From contig JNEM01009159.1 of assembly GCA_000697335.1 (NCBI GenBank), forward strand, positions 1 to 33,770: a stretch of 33,770 nucleotides of DNA, written 5' to 3'. This document shows positions 1 through 12,434 of the stretch, piece by piece. How positions within the stretch are numbered: the stretch's first letter is position 1; each line of letters opens with the position of its first letter. The position numbers and the translations under genes were made by a program. This stretch comes from Conidiobolus incongruus B7586 (taxonomy: Eukaryota). The notes under the pieces are model-generated. The model had not been told where the DNA came from. It searched no databases and saw nothing but the letters and a program-made list of their open reading frames with translations.

Positions 1-3000
1 AAAATATTTAATTATTTTTAATCATAAAAAATTCCCGATATTTAAACTAAAAAGCAATATTAAAATCAAAGATTAATATTATTAATTTCTTTATTAAATG
101 AAATATCAAGCTATTTATTAAGCTATAGTGATATGTTTTTATATATTCAATCTTATATTAAAATATTTACCTATATTATTATCTAGCTTTATATATATTT
201 TATGTTTTTAATTTTTATAATAAAAATATTTGATATTAAAATATAAACCCATAATTTTTACTTTAATTTTCCTATATATATTAAAGTAATTAAGAAGATA
301 ATATATAATAATTGACTTTTATTTCAAAAATGATAAAAGTGTGAAAAAGAATATTAGATTTATAGGATTTATTTACTAAACTTAAATATGGCAAAGGTCA
401 AATAAAACTCAAACTAAGTCTTAATAATAATAATATAATAAATTGGGTATTTTAATAGTGTCTTTAGATATTGCGATTTAATAATTAATGTTAAACAATA
501 TCAATAATAATAGTAAATCGATAAGAATGTTCTCTAATGTTAAGAAATAATTATATTAAACAATAATAAGAGGATTATAATAATATTTGAGAGGAAACGA
601 GAGGAACCATGCTTATTAATTAAATCAAAGGTATACATAAAATAAAATTGGATATGGATTGTCTTTCAATACTCATTCTATATTAAAAAAAGATAATTGA
701 ATGAATAATATAATAAACATCAATTATTTAAAGAAATTTTAAGCCTAAACTATTTAAATATTTAATATTATATATTAATCTTTATATTATTCTAAATTAA
801 AATATTCTTTTGAGATTTTTGATATATTTATAATAATATTTTAAATGTTATCATATTATTTATTAAATTTAAGAGTTTTGAGAATTATAAAGATTGTGAA
901 TAAATTTATAAACTTTTATAACTATCTGAGGAAATTAATATAAATTGCAAAAAAAAATTATAATAAATAGTATTTGATCAGGTACTTTGAATTTATTTTC
1001 CAATATTATAAAAATGAATTTAATATCAAATATTATAAGAATTTAAAATTAGTATTAAATGCATTCTTGAAAATAACTATCAATACTAATCTATAAAATA
1101 ATTTACTATATCTTTTATAATTTTATATTTCATTATATTACATTTGTGAAATAATTATATCAAAGCTTATTTGAAAAATTGAAATCCAAATATACATAAT
1201 GGATATTATTTAATGTGTAATTTTGGATGAGTTAAAATATAATATTAAAGTTAATTATATCAATAATCCTGTAAGAAAATAAATCAAAGAATAAAGTTAA
1301 AGGGTTTAATTTGATATTGGTGCAAAATATGGATTTCGTGGCATAATGTACCTATAGAACTTTTAAATGCTATATTTTATTTTTACAAAATATTTAATCT
1401 TTCATATTCACATTTCTATGAAATACATAAATAATGATACCAAACCATGATAATTGGTTTGAATTTAAAATACACTAGTAGTGGAACAAATAAAAACATA
1501 TTAGGATATCGATATTTAATTTTGGGTAAGTCTAAAAACCAATTGCTTTATCAAATTCAAATGATATCAAATATCCAAACTTGAAAGAAGATAAAGATAA
1601 AAATTGAGCAAGTAAAATAATGCATTTATATTATATTCAGGTTCAAAATGTATTCTGTTTTCATAGATAGTGTAAATTATGGATAGGTGTTTTGCAAATT
1701 GGAATCGATTTTTGAGTTAAATTCTGCAATTTGTTAATATTTCAACATTCCATATAGAAACGAGGGAGTGAAAATATATAAATATATTGATACTAAGAGT
1801 GCTACAATCAGGTCTAATTTATACTCAATTTAATATGAACAAACACCAAGCCAAAGTTAAACACTTTGATATTAGATAATCAAATGTAACTTTAACAAAT
1901 TCAACCAAGTTCTTATTAAACTTGTTTTACAAATCATTGTAAAATAATTATATTATTAATTTGATTATTTGAATTATATTTTCAATTAATTTTTTAATAT
2001 ATATCAATATAATGTGTGCATTTTATTTAAAAATTTTATAATTCAATATTTATTTTTCATCAATAATTATTTAAATATGCTCTAATGAATATAAGAGTTG
2101 AAATAATTAAATTCGGAAAAACACTCAGCCTATCCAATACTGATATATAAATTGTACCCAAATTTAGGAAATCGGTCCAAATTAAGAAATAGTGGCTTGA
2201 ATACAAAATTTTTAATATTATTAATTCCACATCCTTCAAAAATCATGATTTCAAATTATATCTTTTTCTGTTGACATTGAAGGGAGAACTGAGAATTACT
2301 AGTTTAATGTAGTAGATTAAGGAAAATTTAAGAGCTATTATAGTTTTGGCTTTTATTAATATGACATATCTGCGGATAGTTGAAATGTATATAATTATCT
2401 ATTTCGAAAAGAATTTGTCAATAAAATATTGATTAACAGAGAGATTTGAGGAAGAGTAATAGAATGTAGGAAAAGAACTTTTTAGAGAAATCAAATTGTT
2501 GATGATTCAAATATTTAAGCAATTGATTCAATCTTTACCATTGCATGTGATTTTTTTTATTAGATGTTGTAGGATGTGTAACCAACAGATTAAAATGAAT
2601 GGATCTATTATCCAATCAGCATACGTAATTAATAATGAGGAGGTATTCTAGGGGGAGGTGACTTGAATTTGGCAAGGAGAAGGGAGACTTCAAGTTCAAT
2701 ACAGCTGTATAGACTTTGTAAAATTTAACATCTAGAGTTATTTTTGCTTAGCTTTGCCTCCAATGCTTATTTTTTGATTATTTATTTTACTGACATATTC
2801 TTTTAATTATTGCATTAAGTTCATATATGAGTTAATCAAATTATTATATCAAGTTAATAATCAATACTGTTTGTTAATTATTTTTGTGTGTATGTTGAGA
2901 TTTGAGAAAAGTGAATTTCAGAATTGACTAATATGTGGTGCATATATCAAAACAGGATTTTGATGTAGACAGTAATTTCAATTTTTATCTAAAATTAAAT

Positions 3001-3019
3001 GGGTAAAATATTAATAGTA

Positions 3020-3100
3020 TATAAATATATGGTTGGAGTTTTTTCTGAGCAAATTTTTAATTTTAAATTCTTTTCAGTCTGATTGATTCGACTTGAGAAG
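3020..3100 (+). promoter_or_regulatory. TATA box and upstream motif shared with the second LPMO-like gene
   Basis: TATAAATA at 3020-3027 and CGACTTGAGAAG at 3089-3100. The same two elements lie at near-identical distances upstream of the paralog. Confidence 0.5.
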
Positions 3101-3178
3101 TATTTTGATATTTATTTAATCATTTTATATAGTAAATTTAAGCATATACCTTAATCTAATAAATACAACGGTTTCAAA

Positions 3179-3934
3179 ATGATGTTTAAATCAGTTGCTT
3201 TGATTTCTTTTATTCTTGGGATTTCTGGTCATGCCAACTTGCATACTCCTGCTCCTAGAGGAAATTTAAAATGGTGGGGTTATTGCTCCCGTGGTCAAGG
3301 ATGTGAAACTGCTTGCGATGCTCCTAGAGCTGCTTCTCAAATCGACAAGCCTTGGACCCAAGTAAAAGAAATTAAAAGAGGTCAAACTATCGAAGTCAAT
3401 TGGAAGAGACATAACCACCCTGGTGGTTTCGTCCGCTTGGCCATGGTTCCATTCGACCAATCTGACGATCATACTGCTTTTGATAAGCACGCCACTCACT
3501 ATTCATGTTTTGAGACTGATTGCAGAGAGGATAATTATGAATCATTTTTGGGGAGAAACAATGGAAATGGTTTCGAAATCTGTAGAACCAATTTTACTGT
3601 TCCTCAAAGTCTTCCCAACGGCCCAGTAACTCTCCAATGGCTCTGGTATGGTGGTGGTATTTATTACGCTAAGCAAGATACTTCTTTCGCCCACTATGTT
3701 AACTGTGCTGATATGAGAATTGTTGGTGATGAACCAATTGTAAATGAGCCTATTAAACCTACCTTCGATGCCCGTGACCATGGAGCTGGATTAACCGGTC
3801 AATGTCGCTACTGGTCCACCAATAGTGTATTTGGATGTCCCACTGGTTCTGAAAGAGATGACATTAAATGTGGAGATGGTCCAGTTAAATATGGTGTACC
3901 TGCTGAAGTCAATAGAACCGCTGAGTGTTTTTAA
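3179..3934 (+). CDS. Secreted LPMO-like (His-brace) protein, copy 1, catalytic domain only
   Basis: Intronless 251-aa ORF. Hydrophobic signal peptide MMFKSVALISFILGISG is followed directly by His (HANLHTPAPRG). Second His in RHNHPGG. C-terminal QWLWYGG...HYVNCAD resembles the W-x-W...Y/F-x-x-C-A-D strand of LPMO families AA11/AA15. Many Cys. Close paralog at 11346-12434. Confidence 0.75.
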   Translation: MMFKSVALISFILGISGHANLHTPAPRGNLKWWGYCSRGQGCETACDAPRAASQIDKPWTQVKEIKRGQTIEVNWKRHNHPGGFVRLAMVPFDQSDDHTAFDKHATHYSCFETDCREDNYESFLGRNNGNGFEICRTNFTVPQSLPNGPVTLQWLWYGGGIYYAKQDTSFAHYVNCADMRIVGDEPIVNEPIKPTFDARDHGAGLTGQCRYWSTNSVFGCPTGSERDDIKCGDGPVKYGVPAEVNRTAECF

Positions 3935-6254
3935 TAGGTATATTCTTTTTCCAATACGTCTTATTCCCCTTCTCCAACTACAAAACCATTTAAAATCTTT
4001 TATTAAATCCAAACATAATTAATAAATTATCATATATATTGTGTTTTTTATTTAATATCAAGATCGTTTTATATACTCGCTATTGCTTGTAATTATTATT
4101 TTTGAATATTAATGTTTAATATTTTATTTTCTCTAGCTTATAATTTTGATAATTTTGTTTTAAACTCCAAATTTTGGGAAAAAAATTATATATACATTTA
4201 ATTTATCACCAATACTCCAAATAAAGTGTAGAATAGAGTGAAAATGAAATAACTTGATATGGTCCAATCTAATCTTGTTGCCTCTATTATTAATCAAAGC
4301 TCATTTTATTTCAATTATATATTGATAATATTATTTTTTGGCCCTAGAGATATTCTGTACTTTTAATAATCATTCATTGTTTTATAATAAAACAATTCTC
4401 TTTCAAGTAGTAAATATATATACGAACAATATTTTTTCATATTTCCTGCATGTTACTTTAAAATAAAAAAAGAGAAATTTTTTAATTTATTGTTTCAAAA
4501 ATATTATTAGTTTTAGCAAAAAAATTATATACGAAATAAACAAAAGAATATATAACACTAAATTATAAATTAATATATAGATACATAATTTTTTTACTTT
4601 ATTATTGAAACATAACCATAAATGCTATAAATTAATATAAGATTTATAAAGAATTAAAATAAAGTTTGATTTAAAATTGACATATTTTACTAGATTTGTT
4701 ACTTTGAAATCAAAAGAAATATTAATTAAATAATTAAATTATTAAGTCTAAAAGATTAAATATTATTATTTATAATTTATTAAAAAAATTATATTTTATA
4801 ATATTTTTTATTTTTATCAAAAAATATCAAAGTAACTTGATATTAATTATATATAAATCTTATATATATAAGTTTAAACTTAGTTGGATTAATAAAAATA
4901 TAAATTATTTTATAATTTAATAAAGGATTAGAAAAAAATTAATATAATTAAATAAAACTTATCAAAATATATCCAAAAAAATTTTATATTAAATTATTAT
5001 AACTAAAGAATTTTAATTTCCTCTATATAATCTTATATTTAAAAACTATATCAAATATTAATATAAAATAACTTTTTTATTCATTCTATTAAATAAACAT
5101 TTTATTTATATATAAATATCAATTTTCTATTATAGATTATAATAATATATAATGTGGTTATTTAATTTATTAAAGAAAATAAATTAATACCAAATATTAT
5201 GTATTTATTAATAAAAATATTCTAATTATGTTTTTGTTATATATCAAAGATATTTAATGGTTTGTATGATAATTACAAAATACATAAAATTAAAGTAATA
5301 AAAGATTTTCTATATAAAAGATTAGAAAAAAACTATCACATCCAGAATACTCATTAAATCATAAGTTAAATAATTATAATTTCTTTAGGAAATCTAAAAA
5401 TATGCTTGTAAGAAAGAAGATTCTTGAAAATTAATTTAATTATTTTGATAAATATCAAATTTCAGTCTTTAATAAAGAAAACTGTATTAGCTGTTAAAAG
5501 TTTACCATGTTTATACCAAAAAGATAATAATAAAAGAGGGTATTAATTCTATATCATATATTAATTTATATATATTTTTGTTTTAAAATTTTACCATTAT
5601 TTAATTTCTATGGTAATACAAAACATTGCTCACCTATTTGTGAAAGAATTTCTATATTATATCAGAATTAAATTAGATCACTTGAAACAAATGCTGTTTA
5701 GTTGATTAATTTACCAATTTAATTCTTAGCATATGATTTTTATTAAAAATGATTATATCACTATATCTATTTTTTGTTGCATTAAAATCTACCAAAACCA
5801 ATCTATAATTATTTTGATTAGTTCAATTTTGTGTAATTGAATTTATTTCTAGCTATTAATAAAATCATATTTTTGAATGTCCAAACCCATATACAAACTC
5901 GTATTTTTAATACATGAAACTAATAAAATGCCTTGTATTGATTAAATTTGACAAATATTTTAGAATATGAAAAAACTCAATATACATGTTAATCAACGAG
6001 TATTTAGAAATATTTAAATGATTTATTTTTATTCTAGTTTTTAATAAACTTATAATAAAAATTTAGAAATAATTAAAATTTTATATCAAAATAATTAGAT
6101 TATAATTAAATAATTATATATATTTAAAATACAAAAGTTTTTAATCAAAACAATACCTTGATATGCTAAATGGTTGAAAATATTATTTAAAAACATAATA
6201 TCGTTATGTCTATATGATATGAAAACTAGGATGAACATAATATTATTATCATCA

Positions 6255-9161
6255 ATGAAAAAATCCAAAACAAATTTCAATTACAAATCCTTAGATCATT
6301 ATCAAGGTTTATTTTTACATTTAATAAATGTATTGTTGTTATATTAGAGATATGATGGGTAATGAAATAGGTTATTTAAATTCCATTTCTAATTGACAGT
6401 AATGTGTGCCAAGAAAGACTATAACTTGGGTAATTTCTATTAATTTGTATTTATCATGTGTTAATTTATATATTTAGGAGACTCAGATCGTATTTTAAAT
6501 CAAACTGAAAAGTTAATTCAATATCAATTCTTGAGTGAACAAGAAAGCTTAGATCAAGATATTAAAAACTTTTTTAATGAAGAGGATATTAACAATGCTT
6601 TTCAAATTATAAATACCAAAAATATTGGAAGTCAATCATTGTTTGAAAATGACACTAGGTTAATTGAAGGCAATATCATACTGTCTCCTCCATTGATTCC
6701 ATTTGCTAAATCTGAGGATAATTCACAAAAATTAATCAACGCTCTGGAGAATCACTTAAAGGTTAAAAGTAAAAAGATACCTAGATTCAACATGAAAGAA
6801 CCAAATATAACTTCAGAGTATATATTGTATGAATAGTTAATACGATCTAAGATTTGATAGAATATTAGATTAAAACTTGAAATTCCAAGTAATATGAATA
6901 ATATATTTCAAGAATTGTTTGACCATTACTATCGTAAACCAATTAAAATTCATAGAATTTATTAAATAAACCAATTATAGGATTATTCCATAATAATAAG
7001 AATAGCTTATACCTCGAGAGTCTAATATTTAACAATCATACTCTCAGTAAATCTCAAGATATTTTTAAATTGATTTCTTTTCCTATCGAAAAAGATGAAT
7101 TTCATTACTTTGAAATAAATACACCAGTAGAAAGGTAATTAATTATATTAATCAAATCATACATTTAACTTTATTTCTAGATTAATGCCTAAATTTACTT
7201 TTAAAGAGTTTATTACCAATGAAATGGTTTATAGCATTCTATTCATTTGATTATATTCATATAAATCCATTAATAGAATTTTAATGAAACAAAAAATGAT
7301 AATCCAATGTTAGAATATCCAATTTTGGACGATGAATATAAGTAAAATTTCATATCAATTAAAACTTTATATATTGATTTTTTATAGAACATCGATTGAT
7401 ATTCTCCCGAAAGAGATAATCGAAAAAGTATTATTGTCCTCAGATTCGTCAATGGGAAAGGTAGATATAGGAGAATTTGATAAAATATACTCACAGGCAT
7501 TATCATTGTATATGAACACCTATGATGATAATGACTTATCATTTAGAATATCAAGTAATTTCTTTATAGTCACGAGGAACTATTGTTAATATATTTAGAT
7601 CCAAATATAGCTTTATTTCACGAGGATGATCTTAAGTTTGATTTGAATTTTAATAACTATATCAATCTATTTATTCACAAAGTTGATTTAAATTTATATC
7701 AATCAGAGGAAATTAGTCAATTAAATACCTTTGGTCAATTCGAAGAAACATATCCAAATAAGAAATTAGATTTCGTTCCTGTATCAGTTAAAATCTGGGA
7801 CTCTACTTTGGATAAATTAATTAAACAAAATAGAGAATTATCAGTTGAAATAGATACTTATCAAAGTTTAGATCCAATTGTTGCTGAAGAAGTAAGTTTT
7901 CACTAATCCAAAGATACCTTATATTAATTTTATTGTAGGATCAAAGTATTTCCATTAGTTTAGCAGAGGAGACTTCAATAGAATTTCCTTCGCTATTTCC
8001 TCGTAATTTAAATATTTTTTATTATAAGAAGTATCAATATTAAAAATTATAATCAGCTCCTAGTAAAAAATTACGTGTTGATAATATCCCAAAGTACAAG
8101 TTTCAAGGTAATTATATTAATTGAAAATCTATTAATATATTAATGATATATAGGGAAATTCAACCAAGATTTAAAAATTATAAAAGGCAATTATCCAGAA
8201 TATGAAGAAAAACATATATATATTGTTGATCAAAATATTCTTCAAAATATCAAAATGGCGAATCTTCTAAGCTCAAAGTATAATGTCGGATTTATTGTCA
8301 GATATTTATCATCAAATGTAAATAATATTTGAACCAGATATCCTATAAATCTATTATAATATATCTAGATTTTTAAGTATGGCCCTGATTTAATTTACGA
8401 TGAAGCCAACTGCTTGATAATGACTAGTGACATCGAATTATACCAAACCCCAGTTGGTTACAACACCAATCAAATAAAATTTGGATGGGAAAGATTAAAA
8501 CAAATTATCTATTCAAATTTACCAAGATTTAACAATATATGGATTATTATTCAATTAAACATGAGTTCCCACAAGTAAATGATTTTATATATGTGCAAAG
8601 TTTTAATATTTTAAAATTGTAAAGTATATTAGGATCTCCAGCGAATCAAAAATTAAATCAATTGTTAGAAGAGAAATTGAGGATTGAGCACAGCTCGAAT
8701 AAAAGGATTCGAATTTTATATTCCGATTCGATAGAATTTAGTGCTTATTTGATTAGATCTACTGGTGAAACTATTTGCAATCAATATTCGCATATAACCG
8801 ATTTCAATTCTTTGCCCGCCTGGAATTCCAAGACCCAATGGCTTGGAAGAGGATGGTTGAAACCTGAAGAAACAACAGTAATATATATTTCAACATTATA
8901 CACATAATTATTAATGAATTTATAAAAGCACGAAAGGTTCCTGTGCAATTTATTATGGCTTACCCCATTCACGGCACAGCTAGTGTTAACCATCGTAGAT
9001 TTAAATCAGCTTATCAATCTAAGTCAAAGAGAACTTCAAACCACACTAGGAAAGTGGATTTCTTGCGATATTTTAGTAATTTGTAACAATTTCAAATCAT
9101 TTAAATCTAACAATGTTTCTAGAACGGCTTATATAGAGTGCTACATTATCCATTACTTTAA
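6255..9161 (+). CDS. SHOC1: SHOC1/Zip2-like meiotic crossover protein (XPF-like domain + HhH), multi-exon
   Basis: Manual splicing across short GT-AG introns (e.g. 8878-8928, 9076-9122) gives IYIVDQNILQNIKMANLLSSKYNVGFIVRYLSSN/IFKYGPDLIYDEANCLIM...NLPRFNNIWIII...RIRILYSDSIEFSAYLIR...WLGRGWLKPEETT/HERFLCNLLWLTPFTAQLVLTIVDLNQLINLSQRELQTTLGKWISCDIL/NGLYRVLHYPLL* (stop ends 9161). This is colinear with the SHOC1 C-terminal region as I recall it. Start uncertain (in-frame ATGs at 6219, 6231, 6255) and 5' exon borders are tentative. Confidence 0.7.
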
Positions 9162-11179
9162 TATTCGATGTGACAATTGTATTATTCACTTTGGATTTAT
9201 TATTACAATGTTGCTCAGAGTTTTCGCAGATTTGAATGGCTTTGAAATATTGCAACATCAAAAAATTTATAGCAAGGAATACGATTAAAAACTAAATTCA
9301 CCAATCATTTTAATTATTATATCGGTTTAACCATATTGTCAAACACCATATCAAAACTACTTCACACTGAAATTGATTTTCTGAAAAAATTAAATATATT
9401 TTGAAATTACAAATAACAAATAATTAATAGAAATTGTATCATATCTAAATCTTGTTTAATTCATTGTAAAAAATTGTATTATTTGATTGAAATTAGGAAA
9501 CATATAACAGGATTTCTTTTAGAATCTCTTTAATTCATAAAATTAAAGCAATTTTCACTCAAACTTTTATAAACCACAAAAATTAAATTTTAATAGGATT
9601 ATTTGGGTTGGGCTTAATTTTTGATAACATCATTATATTGTACATAATTAAATTGTTCAATTAAAGTTGTAATAGAATATTAAATATTTGAATTTTTGAG
9701 TGACTATGAATATATGAAACAGCTGTTTAAAATATATTCTTATATTATTGTAAAAATATTTTAATATTATTAATTTTGGGACATTAAATTGACAAATGGT
9801 ATTGATATATTGAATATATATCAAACCATAAAGAATAGCTTGTTGATTAAATAAGATGAATATCATAAAACATTTGTATTTTTATGCAATATGTTATAAC
9901 CATCTTCAACAAGCTTGAAATAATAGTTTATCAAGTTTGGAATAAAGTTAATAAAATGTTATTTTTTAATAATAGCGATCAAAATTCTTTAAAAAAGATT
10001 AAATTTCAAATAGAAAAACTTAAGCTGTGCACTGATTGTGAACGATATTTAGATCCAATTATTAAATATTATATTTCCTAGATCGAAATAATTAATTCAT
10101 TCACTATACTAATAATTACACAATAATTCAATGAAATATATGATTTACTTAATTCTGATTAAAATTAAATATGAATATCCAAAATTATTAATAAAATATA
10201 ATTCTATAGAATAGATTATCACTTTATATTGATTGTTATTCGGAATATTGGAGATTAATTTATAATTATAATATTAAAATATGAGCATAGCCTTTAAGTA
10301 TAATGTTTGAATATTAAATATTTAAATATATCAAATAAAATTATTAGTAATCAAAATGTATTCATTAATGCTTTGACCATTTTATTTTATATGTAGAAAT
10401 CAGGTTTGAACCACAGAAATTTAGGGTTCAAAAAGCTCAAATTAAATTTATATTAATATTTTTTTAATATATAATAAGGTAATTATTTAAAGTTCATCTA
10501 TTTTCAATAAGTATTAATTCAATTAATAGAAAGTAGCATTAATCGAAAAAATGTAATATTTCAAAGATTTATTTTTTTTATTCAAAAATCATTAATAAAT
10601 AATTTTTATGAAAGGGTGCAAATATATCAATAACATAAATTCTCGATTTATATGCTACATGATATAATATTATATTAATGCTGAGAAATATTTCGAATTT
10701 AACAATATGACAGTTTGAAATTTTACATAATCTTTTTATTTAGGAAAAAAATAATGGAATAAAGAAAATAGAAATTGGAAAATTTGCATAATAAAGAAGT
10801 GGTCAATTTAAAGCACATAATAAAAGTACAAAATGTGACTAAAAAGATAGCAGTGGTATATACTATTAATTTAAATATATTGACTATTATTAAACAAATA
10901 TATCAAAGTTAAAAAGATTATTTATGAAGAATACAGAAAAGGTTAAATTCGAAAAAATTTAATGGTTGAATATGATCACAAAATTTTAAACTAAAGCAAA
11001 TTAATAAATGAATTTCGGCTTGAGGGCGGATATAAATTCCTCATTAATTTTAATAACAAATCGCCCAATTTTATTAAACCAATAAATGAAGAAGAATATT
11101 GCCAAATGTATAACGCATAAAAATACTGGTGTGATAATTAACTCATTTGTTAAAATGGTTTTTAATTTTATTTGAAGAG

Positions 11180-11266
11180 TATAAATACTCTGATTCTACT
11201 ACTTTTTCATGAGTTTTAAATTATTTAATTGCTTTTTCTGATACTAAATTCTTCCGAATTGAGAAG
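11180..11266 (+). promoter_or_regulatory. TATA box and shared upstream motif of LPMO-like copy 2
   Basis: TATAAATA at 11180-11187 and CGAATTGAGAAG at 11255-11266, about 80 nt before the ATG, as in copy 1. Confidence 0.5.
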
Positions 11267-11345
11267 AATCAAATATTTAATCAAGTCCATTCGTTTTAAT
11301 TATTTATATACCTAATTTAATTAATATCTTTGATTGTTATTGGCG

Positions 11346-12434
11346 ATGAAGTTTGTTCATTCAATTACTGCTGCTGTATGTGTTGCTAGTATTGCTGGTC
11401 ATAGTAATTTGCACGAGCCTACTCCCAGAGGGAATCTTAAGTGGTTCGGTTATTGTTCTCGTGGCCAAGGATGTGACACTGCTTGTGATGCTCCTAGAGC
11501 TGCTTCCAATATTGATTCACCTTATGTTCAGAAAAAAGTGATCAAAAGAGGTCAAACTCTTGAAGTTAATTGGTTCAGACAAAATCATCCAGGTGGTTTT
11601 GTTCGTTTGGCTATGGTCCCTTTTGATCAATCTGATGATCCAGCAGCTTTTGATAAGCATGTCGTCCATTATTCATGTTATGAAACTGATTGTAGAGAAG
11701 ATCAACATGAAGAAGTTTTGGGCAAGAATAATGGTAATGGCTCCGGGCTCTGTACCACCAAATTCACTGTGCCTAAAAATCTACCAAACGGTAAGGTGAC
11801 TATGCAATGGCTCTGGTATGGTGGTGGTATTTATTTCGCTGAACAAGACACTTCTTTCGCTCACTATGTCAACTGTGCTGATATGATCATTGAAGGAGAT
11901 GATCCTGTTGATAATGCTCCCGTTCAGCCTACTTTCGACGCCAGAGACAGAGGTGCCGGATTAACTGGACAATGCCGCTACTGGTCCACAAACAGTGTCT
12001 TTGGATGCCCTAGAGGTTCTGAACAAAGAGATCAATGTGGATTTAGTAAAGAGCAATTTGGTGTCCCAGCTGAATATAATCCAGCTGCTAAACCTCCAGT
12101 GAACCCTCCCGCTCCTCAACCTTCATCCAATCCCCAGCCTCCTGTCAGTCCACCAGCTCCTCAACCTTCATCCAATCCTCAACCTCCTGTCAACCCTCCA
12201 AAACCACCCGTCTTCCCTTCAACTCCTGACAATAACACTACCCCACCTCCTACTCCTTCTCCAGCCCCTACACCTGCTCCTGAACCTGTTGATCAGAAAA
12301 CGAAGCAGCCCATGCCCGAAAAGCTTCCCGAGACAAAACAGCCAGAATCCAACAAAGAGAATGTAAAACCTCCAAATGAGAAACCTGAAACTAAACCTCA
12401 CCCAAAGAAATGCCATAAGAAAATCATACATTAA
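11346..12434 (+). CDS. Secreted LPMO-like (His-brace) protein, copy 2, with Pro-rich C-terminal extension
   Basis: True ATG at 11346 (the ORF track starts at an upstream TTG). Signal MKFVHSITAAVCVASIAG, then HSNLHEPTPRG, QNHPGG, QWLWYGG and HYVNCAD as in copy 1. Followed by a ~115-aa P/S/T/E/K-rich tail ending KKCHKKIIH. Confidence 0.8.
   Translation: MKFVHSITAAVCVASIAGHSNLHEPTPRGNLKWFGYCSRGQGCDTACDAPRAASNIDSPYVQKKVIKRGQTLEVNWFRQNHPGGFVRLAMVPFDQSDDPAAFDKHVVHYSCYETDCREDQHEEVLGKNNGNGSGLCTTKFTVPKNLPNGKVTMQWLWYGGGIYFAEQDTSFAHYVNCADMIIEGDDPVDNAPVQPTFDARDRGAGLTGQCRYWSTNSVFGCPRGSEQRDQCGFSKEQFGVPAEYNPAAKPPVNPPAPQPSSNPQPPVSPPAPQPSSNPQPPVNPPKPPVFPSTPDNNTTPPPTPSPAPTPAPEPVDQKTKQPMPEKLPETKQPESNKENVKPPNEKPETKPHPKKCHKKIIH
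12093..12200 (+). repeat. Coding tandem repeat, 45-nt unit x2.4 (PPV[N/S]PPAPQPSSNPQ)
   Basis: Translation PPVNPPAPQPSSNPQ-PPVSPPAPQPSSNPQ-PPVNPP; units differ mostly at synonymous sites. Confidence 0.9.

Noticed and set aside
1..3000. AT-rich stretches as further decayed transposons (also 4450-6200, 12500-14700, 17800-19400, 31990-32420)
   Set aside because: Plausible, but I could not recover transposase motifs or terminal repeats by eye; a translated search against TE libraries is needed.
3266..4022. Short overlapping or antisense ORFs over genes (also at 11353-12446, 17423-17698, 22423-22623, 24587-24988, 26336-26539, 28284-28553)
   Set aside because: Shadows of real coding sequence with no recognisable motifs.
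9657..10081. Small ORFs 9657-9866 and 9884-10081 (also 6095-6280 and 19438-19632)
   Set aside because: I/F/N/K/Y-rich translations typical of chance ORFs in AT-rich DNA; no motif or splice support.
10405..10431. Hairpin TTTGAACC...GGTTCAAA
   Set aside because: Isolated 8-bp stem with no tRNA or other ncRNA context; compatible with chance.
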